Source of the DNA: Phoronis australis | Lineage: Eukaryota > Animalia > Phoronida | Reading direction: 5' to 3' | NCBI GenBank assembly: GCA_002633005.1 | Contig: NMRA01000400.1 | Coordinates: 344,476-408,475 of the forward strand | DNA length: 64,000 nucleotides | Shown here: piece after piece, positions 49,902 to 62,877 of the stretch | How the letters are laid out: each line of letters begins with the position of its first letter | Numbering within the stretch: position 1 is the first letter of the stretch | Notes under the pieces: model-generated | Told to the model about the DNA's origin: nothing | Database searches by the model: none | The model's input: only the letters and a program-made list of their open reading frames with translations | Made by a program: the position numbers and the translations under genes

Positions 49902-52900
49902 TCTTATAAATACTTCTTGAGCAATACATCACTTATGAATACTAAAAAATGCAATTCTGAAAACTAATTATGCAAATAAGGTGCCGCCATTACCATACAA
50001 TGTAATTTGCGTCTTGAGTTTGTGTTCCTGCAGGCTAACTTGAAAAATGAGTTGTTTATACCTATATTTTCATGGTCAACAAACATGCTAAAAACATTTT
50101 TGGAGCAATTTATTTCATATTTATTGGGTTATAGATGTATACTTTCAGAATGTGGAAAAAATAGTCATTAATCTGCAATGCTGCTCAAGCAAGGTGTCAC
50201 TAGTTTGCTGGAATATAGAGCAAATGTTCACACTATCCCGTTATCTTCCATTCATAAAAAATCAATGTAGTTATTGTTATTGAAGACATTAAATTCTCAG
50301 TTGCATGAATTATTTTCAGGCCTGCTGAACACAGTTTTAGCATTCACTTTTTGGTACTTTTAAACATGACTAATGCCAGGCAAATCAAACTGTTTGCATA
50401 CAAGGAATGTGCTGCTGGCATGAGCATGATGATATGCATTGTCTGCTGTTGCGTTGTTTCTGGCATGCACACAATACCATCTCCAGGCAGCTGTCTCGGA
50501 TAGAACTCTGTGTCATCAGTATGGGCTGCAAGCATAAATTTGTGTGTCCCTCCCATATCAGAGGGTACTGGGAGCTCAGGTATAGAACAATGACCATTTT
50601 GCCATACCTTGACCTGATAGTGCACTCTCATCAGATGGAAACGGCCGGCATTATGGGTGAGGGGGAAGGACTTCTGGGTTCAAGGGGTTGGAGAATAATA
50701 AATGGCGTGCTACATCTACAGGTCGTGTTGTATATTCTGCAGACAAATACTTCTGAAGCCACCGTAATTTGCTCAGTGATTTCACCAATGCAGGGGTTCT
50801 TAAGCAATCTGTGATGCTCTAGGAACACCTTCCATGATGATTGTTTCATGTGATTGGCAAAGTACGAGTTGGTGCCAAACCCGGTCACGGCATGAAAAGC
50901 AAACAAGGATGTTGCTGAGTCTCTTAGTAGTTTGTTGAAAAGTGCTTCAGTGTGTATATCTCGTCATTTCTTTGATGTGCCTGACATCATACAGATATGC
51001 TCACTTTGCATTTGTTAAACGTGCGATACCAGAAGCAATAGAACATCGGGTGTCTCTGAAAATACGACTGAGTGTGGACAGCATGCAGTACCAATCTTGC
51101 ATCTGCTTCTTCATTTGTGGATTTCAGAGTCCTCAAATCAGTCATAACCTTAGATGATTTAATTTACTTCCAGCTTATCTTTGAACCCTCCTGCAACCAT
51201 AAACTCTTTATCTTCAGGCGTCTACAAACACAGTTACCCTGGCAAGAAATGTGCTAGGTCTTCTTTATTCTCAGCCAGTGCTCGAAAATTTGACCAGTTT
51301 TGAGGAAGAGGTACACCACAGCCTTCCAAAAATCACCTGATTTTCTGTATTCCTTTACTACGCTGTTTTCCTGTTGTGTATTTCATAGTTTCTTGTCTGT
51401 ATCTGTTAAATACAATGTCAATTTTATGATATCGAAATCCTGTGTTTAGCACTGTTTTCATGAATGAATCAGCCAGGTTCTCGAAGGTCACATCACCATC
51501 AAGCTTCCCAAGAGCTACCAGCAATGCTTCGCCATCAAACATGAGGCAAGCGGGCGAGCCATGAAGTTGAATTCTTTTAGGACAGTCGATGTGTTAACTA
51601 TTAATACTTCGGCAAGTGAAGATTTATCTCCAGTGGGCAATGTGCCACTCGTTTCTGTAAGAAAACATGGACGGGAAGAAGCTCGCGTTTGAGCACAGGC
51701 GGCAAAACAACTGGCCGACCCACCTCATAAACCGTAGCTAGGCAGCGAAGTATATCTCTCTCTGCCTTAAGAACTATTTTCTTGTCTTTGTCTTTGGATT
51801 GTTTCACCACATCATGTAAGTTGGCAAATGTTGGGGCATTATTTTTGCGCATAGGCGCGTGAATTGACATGTCTGAATTATCGCATTGCTCAGTGATAAT
51901 CGGTCTCGAACAAATTTCTTAGTTTGTTCGTGTCCAAGTTCCTTGGCATGTAAAACTGACTCTTGGATTAGTGCTGTTGATAGGTCTTTTGTTGCAAGGC
52001 TTTGTAGCAGCTAAGGCCTTGCGGACGAGAAGACCTTCAATCCATGGAATGCGTAAAGAAGGGAACTCTCAACAGTTGCCTCGTGGCTTCGTTATGAAAC
52101 TATGTACTGCCACAGCTGTAAGTTTGTTCAGCTATATGAGATTTCAGATTAAATGAGAGTGTCCACCTCCATAGAGCTGACTTGGTTTTGGTATTACTGA
52201 TGATACCACCTCCTTTTTGCCTGCCCCATTTACCCACTGGTCAAAATCTACCTGACAGAGCATATGAGGACATCACTTGACTACAAAATTTCCTGCTTGA
52301 ACCTCTGACCAAACAGAGTGTGGAAGCTGATGCATCTCGACTAAAAAGACCGCACCCCACTCGGGCATAATTCGGTGGGGCAGCACGAGAGTAAATGAAT
52401 AGAGATGCAGTTCCAAAATACCATCCCGTTGAGAGCATGTGTACTTTAACAATATTGGAACCATGTACATGTAACTCCACCAGAAGCTGAAATTCACATC
52501 ATCAGAACTACTGTTGACAAAATGCCCAGGAGTTTCCTGAACTTATCCTAATTGAGAAATGTTAAAAACTCCGGAATTTTCTGTGGATCATCATCTGCAG
52601 ACATACTGGTAATACAAGCATGACAGTCGCTTCTGCAATAAAGGAGAGAATGCTTGACACATGCAGGAGATGCCACAGAGCTTGCAAAGACAGTTTGTGT
52701 GCCCTCATACTGTAGCTTTGCTGTACGACATTCCACTGAGGACCAGTTCCATAGGTCTTGACCAAGTACTGCTCTCTCTATACACACCTCAGCTATTCCG
52801 GAATCACTTATGTGATCTTTTGTGGCCTTGATAAAGTTCATTGATAGTTAAGAACAACTAATGAGGTACTGTATTAACATATTTTGGTATTCTGGGACCG

Positions 52901-53599
52901 ACCATTAATCTGCAGCAGAGTGCTTGGTCGACTGTGAGGATGGTATGTTCCTGTCCAAAATGGGACGATATGGCCATGCATCTCTTTACATCAATATTTA
53001 AAAGTCATGTTGTTATGTTTACAATACTTTTATGTCTTATCTAAATAGTGAGATGTTCGCAAAAAAGCATTGATAATTATGATTTCTAATTTAATTTTCA
53101 GACTTTATTAATGAGCATTTGTAACTTAGTAAAGATGAAATAAAAAGCTTCACACGTGTCATAATGATTTTTCTAGACCTTCAAAACATAGGTATAGACA
53201 CCCTAGTTGTCATGTTTGCCTGCAAATTGATAAAGTTACACCGAAATTTGAATTTTTTGGTAATGGCGGAAGCTAATTAGCATAATTGGGGAATTTAATG
53301 ACGTTCATTAATATGTTCTTAAATTTAAGTGATCTAAACACACTTATACTATGTTTTTGAAGCAAAAATTTCCTAATTATTCGTCACATATTGTACTCCT
53401 GGTCTTACGAATGTTTGTTATCTTGGTGGTTTGGCGGCCATTTTCTTTATGCAAATTAGATGGTCAAAAACTCAAAATCCAGCTTGGGAACAGGCATAAT
53501 CGAAATCAGCATACCATAATTATGGTAAAAAGATATGTTCTCCACTTTTACTAAAAAATGTCTCTAACATCCACATTTTCCAGAAATGCGTCTAGACTA
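49902..53599 (-). mobile_element. Academ-type DNA transposon with decayed transposase, XPG-like and Cys-rich coding region (segment 2)
   Basis: TIR ...AAATGCGTCTAGACTA ending at 53599; fragments LTVDQAL, HKLSLQALW, NFSFWWSYM, NYAR, FHAVTG...SYFA, RVHYQVKVW, LCACQ...C.SCSC. Confidence 0.78.
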
Positions 53600-53867
53600 T
53601 TTGGCTAGTTTATCCAACTTTCACCGGACGGAGATGCAGCCCTCAGCACATAAGAAATACCTCGCTGAAAGTGAGAGGGCGAGTAGAGTAAAGATTACGA
53701 TAACAACAAGAAGAACATGCGGAACTCTAATGGCATGAAAACGCCAGGCTACAATAGTGTTTGACGGATATTGCTATATTATGGGTAAATGTAGCAAGAT
53801 TGTTGTATCAGTGTGTAGTACGGACCGCCTTAATGCTTTTTATTCCGTGTTTCTCTCAACACTAATT

Positions 53868-55039
53868 CAGCCGATTTCATAAAGTTGGTTTAAAGTTAAA
53901 CCTGGTTTAAACTGGACTTAGACCAGGTTTAAAGATAACCTGCATTTCATAAAGGTGGTTGAACTTTTAGACCAGTGGTCTAGTATAACCTGGTTTAACT
54001 CCAGTTTAGACCTGGTCTAAGTCAGTTTTCATTTCATCAACGAGGTCTATATTCTTTAGACCTGTATTAAGATCTTAAACCAGGCTTAACTTTAGACTCG
54101 GTCAGACTCAGGTTTAACTGTTAGACATGTCAGATTTGCGTGATATAGGTGCAACTGAATGATGCCGCTATGTGCATTTGCGACGCAGTTTTAGAGCGAA
54201 AATGGACCATTTTAAATATTCAGTTTTACGACGACAAAACAACATACGTAGCAGGGGCGGATCCAAGATTTTTAAAGTGGGGGCTCGGTCAAAGACTTTT
54301 TAAAAGGGAGGTCCAAGTCAACATTTGAAAATTATAGATTTGATATCACTAAAGCAAGGTAAAAAGGGGGGTCCGTACCCCTTGACCCCCTTGGATCAGC
54401 CCATGCGTAGACCAGTACGTGCTGGAGGTGTCCTGCGAATTTTTCAGAATATGACTGGTCGAGCAGGGCGTCATCGCCGTACTAAGCAATAAGGGTTTTA
54501 CTGAAGACAGCATCTTTTAATTCTTCTGACTAAGTTCCATCTCCACTGGTCTCCGCTTTAGTGTTGACGGGATGGGGTCTTGCCCTCTCTTTGGCCGCAA
54601 AAAATAAATACTAAAATGACACGGAAAGAAATGGGCATTTATCATGTTGGATCTCATCGCGAGCATGTATTTTATTGTGTGTACATGTATTGGGCACAGA
54701 CATTACATTTTCCCCATGAGAAAAGCTTTTAGACCTGTTTCTTAAATGTCTGCACTGATTCTGCTAGTGTGTGCCATTGTATACCCACGTTATCAAGGTT
54801 TCATTGAAGCACTTCAATAGTTTCAGTGTTGGATTATTCCAGATCGACACAATAGGATGGCTTGGATACTTTAAACCTAGTTTTTCTAAACCCTCTCCCT
54901 GGTCTTACAAAACTAGGCTTTCAGAATTTTAAACCACGTTGGTGAAATACAAGTTAGGTCTAAAATTAGACCAGGTTTAGGAAGACCAAATTTAAGTCTT
55001 AAATCCGATTTTGTTAAACCACCTTTATGAAATCGGCTG
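53868..55039. mobile_element. 1.17 kb non-autonomous DNA transposon, 3-bp ATT TSD (PIF/Harbinger-related)
   Basis: TIR CAGCCGATTTCATAAAG...CTTTATGAAATCGGCTG; ATT duplicated; empty site ACACTAATTGTGTCG at ~56991; subterminal AAACC/AGACC-WGG repeats. Confidence 0.92.
54252..54405. mobile_element. MITE with 5-bp TSD nested in 53868-55039
   Basis: CAGGGGCGGATCCAAG...CTTGGATCAGCCCATG flanked by CGTAG on both sides. Confidence 0.82.
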
Positions 55040-58000
55040 ATTGTGTCGTCAACACTACACGGATTTTCATGCATCAGTGCCAATTACATTTGTCGACTAC
55101 AATTTCATTTACGTGCTATAAAAGCCGTGAAACTCATCACTCCATACTGTGGTGTCCTGGGTGGGACTTCTCTGTGAACAAGTTTTACAGGTTTGGCTAG
55201 ATCGTCACGTTAGTGACAGTGTTTAGTCATTGGAGACGCTGCGGTGGCATACGTCCAGTACTTTCAAGTATGAACTTATATTTCTTCTGCTAGACAAACG
55301 TTTTTGAATGTCTCTAGTAACAACTTTGATCTTTACTTCTTTCAATTTAGTAAAAACTAGAAAAAGTAGACAACCCACTTATGCCGTTTTTGTGTCATGA
55401 CTGTAAACACGCAGTGTAATTTCGCCATTTGGCTCTTTATATGTCACGAGCGTCAACGTTCACTTATAGATATGAATACTTATTAGAAAACTATACTATG
55501 ATTTGCAGATACCATGAAGCCAACTCGTAATGGAGAAGCTGGAGGTATGTCAATATTTTAAAATTGACCGATGTGATACCGTAGAACTTAACATTAAATA
55601 GACAAAATGCCACTTTCTCGTCAAGTACTAAGACCGTCGTTTTCTTTTCGACAAAATATGTGTGGTTGCTCCGAACCGCAAATCTGTTACGAATTCGCTT
55701 TTTTCAGATGAGCTGTCCTGTGGTCATTTTCGTGGAAAACAGCACACATGAATTGTTCTGCATTACTTTAATCGTTATCGAACTATTTTGGCATTTATTC
55801 CAAATGTTTCGGAAATGGACAGCCGCAACCACTGTGGCGCCCTCTTGCAGCAATTTATTTTTGTGGTGCCCCGTTTTCTACCAAGGTTCTTTGATTGACA
55901 TTCTGGTAATTTACAATTCGTACATGTATGTTCCAGTTGATAAATGAGAGTACGCCTGACCTTCATTTTAATCACGCTTGAAGGAACTTTATGATATTAT
56001 GCAAATATATTATTTTGAATTTACAAGTTTGCAAAATCCTTACTTTTGAGCTTGGTTGCAAATATCATCACCTCCAATGTATCATAGAATATTGTCCTGG
56101 AGACTGGCAGTAGAATTCTCCTCTTTCCCCGAAAGTAGAAAGCCCCTTGTTTTCATTGACCTAATGGTTTGGGATGTCAGACTTTATTTCACAAGTCGAG
56201 TTGTATCACTTTAGCAAGATTCCAGATTTCAACTGTTTAAAAATTTTGGAATTGAAAAATATCTCCAAGAAAGGGCATTCTTTTCCGTTCAAAACTAAGG
56301 CGAACAACTCGTTTTATCCATTCGATCCGTATTTTCTTGTCTCTGACTGATGTCGGGAATTTAAACAAATTTACATCACTTATCCACTGATATATGGTAA
56401 GTTTATTCAACTTTCACCGGACGGAGATGCAGCCCTCAGCACATAAGAAATACCTCGCTGAAAGTGAGAGGGCGCGTAGGGGAAGGTTACGACAACAACA
56501 AAAAGAACATGCAGAACTCTAATGGCATGAAAACGCCAGGCTACAATAGTGTGACGGATATTGCGGTATTATTGGGGACAAATAAAACAACAAGAATAAT
56601 ATATATTTTAAGTTGCATTGGGAATTTCAGGGCTCTTCAAATAAATATTTCACAGAAAGATCCAGATGGGTTCCTTAATTACACGACATAGCACACACAT
56701 TTACGATACCCAATGTGTAACTGAGAATCGGATACTAAGTGCCACAGGTTAGCATAGTACCAAATGGGTACATAAGACCAAATGGGTATTGTCCGATTGC
56801 CTACCAAGTGGGTCAAGCACAACAGCAAATTCAGTAACAACTACCAAATGGGTACAAACTGCCAAATGCGCAAATATCATATAAAATACCAAGTAGGTAC
56901 ACCAAACAGCCTACTGGGCAATACAGCAAGATTCTGGTGTCACTGTGTAGAACGGACCGCCTTAATGCTTTTTACTCCGTGTTTCTCTCAACACTAATTG
57001 TGTCGTCAACACTATACGGATTTTCATGCCTCAGTGCCGTTGATATTTGCCGGCTGCAATTTCATTTACGTGCTATAAAAGTACTGAAACTCGTCACCCC
57101 ATACTGTGGTGTCCTGTGTGGGACTTCTATGTGAGCAAGTTTCATGGGTTTTGCTAAATCGTCATTTGAACGTTAGTTACAGTGTTCAGTCATTGGAGTC
57201 GCTGTGGTGGCATACGCACAGTAGTTTCAGGAATGAACTGATGTTGTTTCTGCTAGTCAAACGTTATTGAATGCCTCTAGTAACAACTTTGAACTTCACT
57301 TCTTTCAATTTAGTACAAACTAGGAAAAGTAGACATCCCACGCATGTTGTTTTTGTGACATGACTGTAAACAGACAATGTAGTTTCGCCACTCGAGTCTT
57401 TGTATGTCTCGAGCGCCAACATCCACTTATTAGACACGAACACTTATTGTGAAACTATGTTATGATTTACAGGTGCCATTAAGCCAACTGAAACTGGAGA
57501 AGGTGGTGGTATGTCGACATATTTCTCTAATTTAAAAGTAAACTTGCCCGTTGATGTGATTAGTGCTTGACATTGGGTGAAAAATACGCTGCTTTCTCGA
57601 CGTAAGCATTAACAGTATTATTTTTTATCAACACAATTCGAGTTGTTGTTCTAAACTGCGAATCTTCTGTTATGAACCCAGTTTTCCGGATGAACTTTCC
57701 TGTGATCACGTCTATATATAAGTAGCAACATTAAGTTGTGCCACATCGCATGTTCAGAATGGTTTTTGATAGTACAGACTCTTCGCAGGGATGCATGTGC
57801 GTTTGAACTGCATATGTACATTATTGGAAACTTCAAAAGTAATCTAGAAAATAGTGAGAACAATTCAAGTAACACAAGCCATAGGTTTCCAATGACTTCA
57901 GATATCTCAAATGTAGAGACTTGGTTATAAAATAGATCAATCTGTTGTTGTCTAAATCAAGTTAAGCTGATACACTGCATGCACGAAACTAAATTGTGAA

Positions 58001-61000
58001 AGATTTATCAACATCAGCATCAAGTACGACCTATTCAAAGTAACTTCCCTTTCAACCGTTTCATAAGTCCGGGCCACATTTATGAAGAATAAAGGTGACA
58101 TTTAGATAGAGCAATTGGTTTGTTTTCATCTCCATTCAAATATTTGCGCAAATAGAATCCAGTGTCCGTGTCTTTTTTAACGCATTGGATTCGATGCAAC
58201 GGAGAACAATCAAAACAAAATGGTATTACTTCTATTTGTTAAAATTGATAAGATTGTCCTGGCAATCACCCGCGTGTCCAAATTATAGCTTTTAGTCATC
58301 AAGGGAAAGATGGGTGACATCTGTTGGTCGATTTAGTAATTCATTCCCCCGCATAAAATCCTAGACACACCAGTGCGTTCAATCAATTTCACTTATATGA
58401 TTTGAGTTTGAGGACAGGGGAGTTGGTCACTGTGTTAAAGAATGAAATTCCTCGTCGACTACTCCACACTGACACTGGCAAAACACCTTAACTGTCAAAA
58501 TATTTTCACCTATGGTCACCGTACGTCAATTTCAGTTAACTGGACCGATTTTTAATTAACACCACTTAGGAATTCACTTCAAACAGTGTTGGCTTTTTTA
58601 AGAAGCTAACCCAACCCATCCTGTTTCTGATGCGCATGATATCAAAAGGCTGGGGGCTAGGATGATTGAGGCCTCTTCCAGAGTATTGAGCGCAGAGGGA
58701 GGTTTACCTAGCAAAGTATAGGCCTACATGTACCTTGCCTTGGTCTGATTCAAGAAGTTGAAGTCAAAATCTTTCAAGTAAACCTGCGTGATATTGACCG
58801 TTTGTTGTAGTGTCAGCTGGATGTGACGATACTCCATACAAAGTCGTAATCTGCGCAGCCTTTGTTGTGATGGGTATGATCTCCACCATTGGCTAATTCT
58901 TCGAAGACATCACAGAGGGTCTCTATGAAAACCTGATTTATAGCTGTACCGCTATTTTTGAAAACAGAAAACGAAGTTCTCCAAAGTTGAAACAGTATTT
59001 CGAGAGTGCTAAACAAAATGTACAAATTGATAATATAACGTTTATTTTTATTTTTTCTTGAACAGGGTCTGTTTTTTCTCTTGCCCTCTTCCTCTGTATG
59101 ATGCTCAATGGTTACTGTTGAATGAACGTGTTAATTGTGATTAGAATTTAATGTAAGTATTCTTCTTGTTATTCCTCTAGTTGCTTTGATGATACTTGAA
59201 AGTCATCGATGACATATTTGTTTCTATTATTTTGTCGTCACTTGCAATTGTATTGTTATGATGTGTTGTCAGGTGATTTTTGTCGTTTCTTGTTTTTCTG
59301 ATATTCCTTCAAATGTTGCACCCTTTGTTCCTTTAAACATTGAAATAAAATTTCATGAAAAGAACATTCCTCGCCGTGGTTTTGCGAAGCTCGGGGTTTA
59401 ATGAAATCATCCGTATAACATACACGGATATTCCATTTTAACCCATATTTGTGTAAATGCAAGTTTTGTATACGTCACGTTATTTACTATCAACACGGGA
59501 AACTGAGTAGAGCCAATCGTTTTTCAACGGTAAAGGGCGTATACATGTGCATCCGTAGAAGCCGTATTTTACGGTCGGTGTAGTAACTTTCCGTGTAAGA
59601 CGCCACATTTGATTGGGTTCGTTCCTTTTGGTTATCTAAAACATTGATCCAAGGCGTCATTAATGAAAAAGCAGATTTACTGCTCTAAAAATCATAAACT
59701 TTTTCCGATGAAAACTCCGACCCACGGTGATCAGTCTTTTAGGACTGGTTAGTTTTAAACTGGCTCATAATGGGTCAGTTGCCTAGCAAGTAGCATATCT
59801 AACAAAATCTAGTTCAAATCAAATGTCAAAGTTATTGTCATTGATGAATACTGTATATGTACTCTGAGATATTTATCGGAAATTGTGACCTAGTATCCAG
59901 AATGTTTTTTTAACTACAGATTTCCTCGAATCTTTCTCGCTGGTAGCGTAAAGTCTTTCATGATTGGTGGGCAGTGTCCTGATGGAGTAAAATTCGCGTG
60001 CAGGACGTCAAACTTGATTGGGCTCGTTCATTTGGGTTACATAAAACATCATGGGTCACTTGCCCAGCAAGCAGCGTCTCCAAAGTATCAGACACAATCT
60101 AATTCAAATCAAACGAAAACGTTACAATTGTGGACGCATGCAGTATTTCTACACCTAGAACTACAAGATACAGGATATTGCGACCTTTTATTGAGCATGC
60201 GTTTTTTACCGACTACGTTCCCCGACTCTCCCTCGCTGATTTTTTGCTATACTGTACTTAACTCAAGTTCTGCAAATCGGCAGTTTCCGACGTTACTTTC
60301 CAGTGCTATGGTCAACATGGATAATCTTTCTATTACTATTTTCATTCCAGAAGCCATAAACCACAGAAATAAACATAGAAAACAAAAGACACTCATTGAA
60401 GTTAAAAATGTCACTCTGCTACACGAAAAACCGTTCAGTTAACGGTACTACTTCGTGAATATTCAAATTTGTATCAAGCTTCACCTAGTGACTTCCAGGG
60501 GAACTGTGTGTACAAGTACAATCAGGAAAAGAAACTGTTTGTAAATAAATTGCGATTTTTAAATAAAACTCCACAACTGTTACACTTAAAAACAAGTGTG
60601 AACATATTAAAAACCTTATAATTCCAAATAGTGCGCAATCGATAGTTGATAGTGAATTAAACAAAATAATAATAACTGCCCTTTTTCATTAGGGTAACGA
60701 GGAAATATTACCATAAAAATAGTCTAACAAAAGGAGACTTTTGCGAGATTGCAATGCTAACTCACTTGTTCTCGGATGGTTTCCATCACACTGGAAAACG
60801 CGGGGTTGTTTGTAAACTAGAACTCCATTTGCATCTTCACAATTCAGTGAGACGTAGCATCTTTAAAGTCCTTATCTCAAAGGGCATTCTAGGTAAAAGA
60901 CGTAAAAATATATAACAAATTACGTAATGCGTAACAGCATAATGTTCACATCCTTTCTGTTATCAAAGTAAAAGCCTTTTTAGCACAGTTTTGTACCTTG

Positions 61001-61899
61001 GCCGAGAGCGGAAAATCATCGACCATTCTCGTCTATATCCGTGACCTGAGTTCCTGTGCGTCAGTTGAGGAACGATTCCTGAATGCCAGTCATGCTGGCC
61101 TTGAAAACGTAATGACATCACCGTGAGCGTAAATGCCTTGTTACTTTGTTTGGTTGTTTTTGATTCCAATTTTGGTTCTTTTTATACAAACTTGATTATT
61201 TATTGTCCAAATTTTACCTGTTCTTTGTATGTGACGAATGGTATTTAATGCATAATGATAATTTTGTGTAGCGTTGCAAAGTCTCCCGTAGCCAACGCTC
61301 GGCTACTGAGGCCAGTTCTGACTCATCGCGAAGGTACGTCAGATTAGAAATAGTACCCGTTTAGGTAATAAATTAGAGAAAAAAGTTTCTTGATCAACAA
61401 ATGTCTTGCCATTTTCGCCAAACCGTGAAATTGATGCAAAGTACGAGCCTGAAGTGAGCAATGGCCGTGTCGTGGTGACTACCCGGACGTGTGAGCGCAG
61501 TGCTTAATTGGCAGCAAATCGGCACCGGCTTTACTGGCCGTTAAAAATTTAAAATAGAAAATAAAACATCCACATACGGCGATGTGTCGACATAACAAAA
61601 ACAGTTTTACCTCAAAACAGCGAGCTCCACATCTGTGCTTGATTTTGCTGCCAGGATATAGTAACAGACGAAGTATCGATAATTCTTCGGTCTGTAGTCC
61701 TCGCCGTGACTGGATCTTCGCCGCGAAATGAAAATCACTTGCTAAATTGGCTTTGATTTCAATTATCAGGGAAATACATTTTCAAACCTCACAATAACAA
61801 AATCACAATATATACAGGGTATACTTCTTGTCTAAATATAAAAATTCCGCGCCGCAAACCACAGTTTAGTACAAATTCGTACTTGATAACCCTTACATA

Positions 61900-62125
61900 G
61901 GTTCGAGCTATAAACTCGAGTAAAAACTCGAGATTTTGACTAAAAAACTCAAAATTCCGAGTTCAAACTCGAACGTATGGCTGGGGTAACCAAGAGCAAC
62001 ACAGAATAACACAGTTATTTACGTGAACCATGACATACTCCGGCACAGACTAAATTAGTCACTTATCTTCATTTAACACCAAGGTAAAACGGAAAATGTT
62101 AAAATTAATTTCGAGTTCGACTAAG
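61900..62125. mobile_element. Older truncated relative of the 6825-7220 MITE
   Basis: Shares AAACTCGAGTAAAAACTCGA, GAGTTCAAACTCGAA, CACTTATCTT and AATTTCGAGTTC in the same order. Confidence 0.6.
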
Positions 62126-62633
62126 AGAGTAGATCCCAGACTCTGATACATATTAAAAATTTAGACATTCTGAGGGTTACTTTGAAAATAACCTAAAACA
62201 ACCTAAGTCCACTACCAACTCAAATCTTTTGTCATTTCTGTTTATTTATCCCCTTAACATTTCAACGACCAAATTTTTTCTAAATATAACTAGAAAAATG
62301 TCTTTTAAAAACCCGTTTCGTGAGAAAGAAAAGCTTCATTGCTCCTGTTTAATTAAATTGTTGATTAATTTTGTTTTTTTATTGTCAAGTTTTTCCCCGT
62401 GTGTGGGTGGGCGCAGGTTGTTACAGACCGGTGCTAATAGCTTTTGGTGCGACGTTTGACTGAAGACTGGTTCGAGTTTATCCTTTATTAATACCGACCG
62501 TACGTTCACTAGCCTACTTAAACAAAACGTCCGACGTAATGTCTGTTTATGCTCCAGCCAGTGCTGCTAAGTCTCTACTTGTGATGAACTTCTGAGTTTG
62601 GTGTATATTGTCGATATTAGCTTTAACTCAGCA

Positions 62634-62877
62634 GGAAACAGGTCACTTCATACCCAAATCAACCCGTACTCAAGTCAAATTTCAAAAGTATTTAAAAACT
62701 ACGTAATTTGGCAAAGCAGTGATTAAAATCAATCAATCGTGCCATATTGATGCAAAACGACTCAATATTATCCGTTATTTAGTGAATGAAAATGAAAATT
62801 TATTAGTACTGTTTTTAGCACGGGTATGAGTTGACTTGGGTGCCAGTTGGCTAAGGTACGAACTGACAGGAATACCC
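62634..62877. mobile_element. Palindromic MITE-like element with ~17 bp subterminal repeats
   Basis: TCAAC/TTC.TACCC-type units on the left mirrored by GGGTATGAGTTGAC/GGTACGAACTGAC units on the right; TSD not resolved. Confidence 0.55.

Larger units (their letters stand above)
53608..57610. repeat. Diverged local direct duplication (~53608-55630 versus ~56400-57610)
   Basis: Both start AGTTTAT.CAACTTTCACCGGACGGAGATGCAGCCCTCAGCACATAAG and stay collinear for ~0.85 kb apart from copy-specific insertions. Confidence 0.85.

Noticed and set aside
55826-55852. CTCF-like motifs (also ~16210, ~20964, ~44712)
   Set aside because: Short partial matches expected by chance in 64 kb; not supportable without ChIP or motif statistics.
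59960-60442. 160-aa ORF
   Set aside because: No recognisable domain; it overlaps an old diverged local duplication of ~59570-59840.
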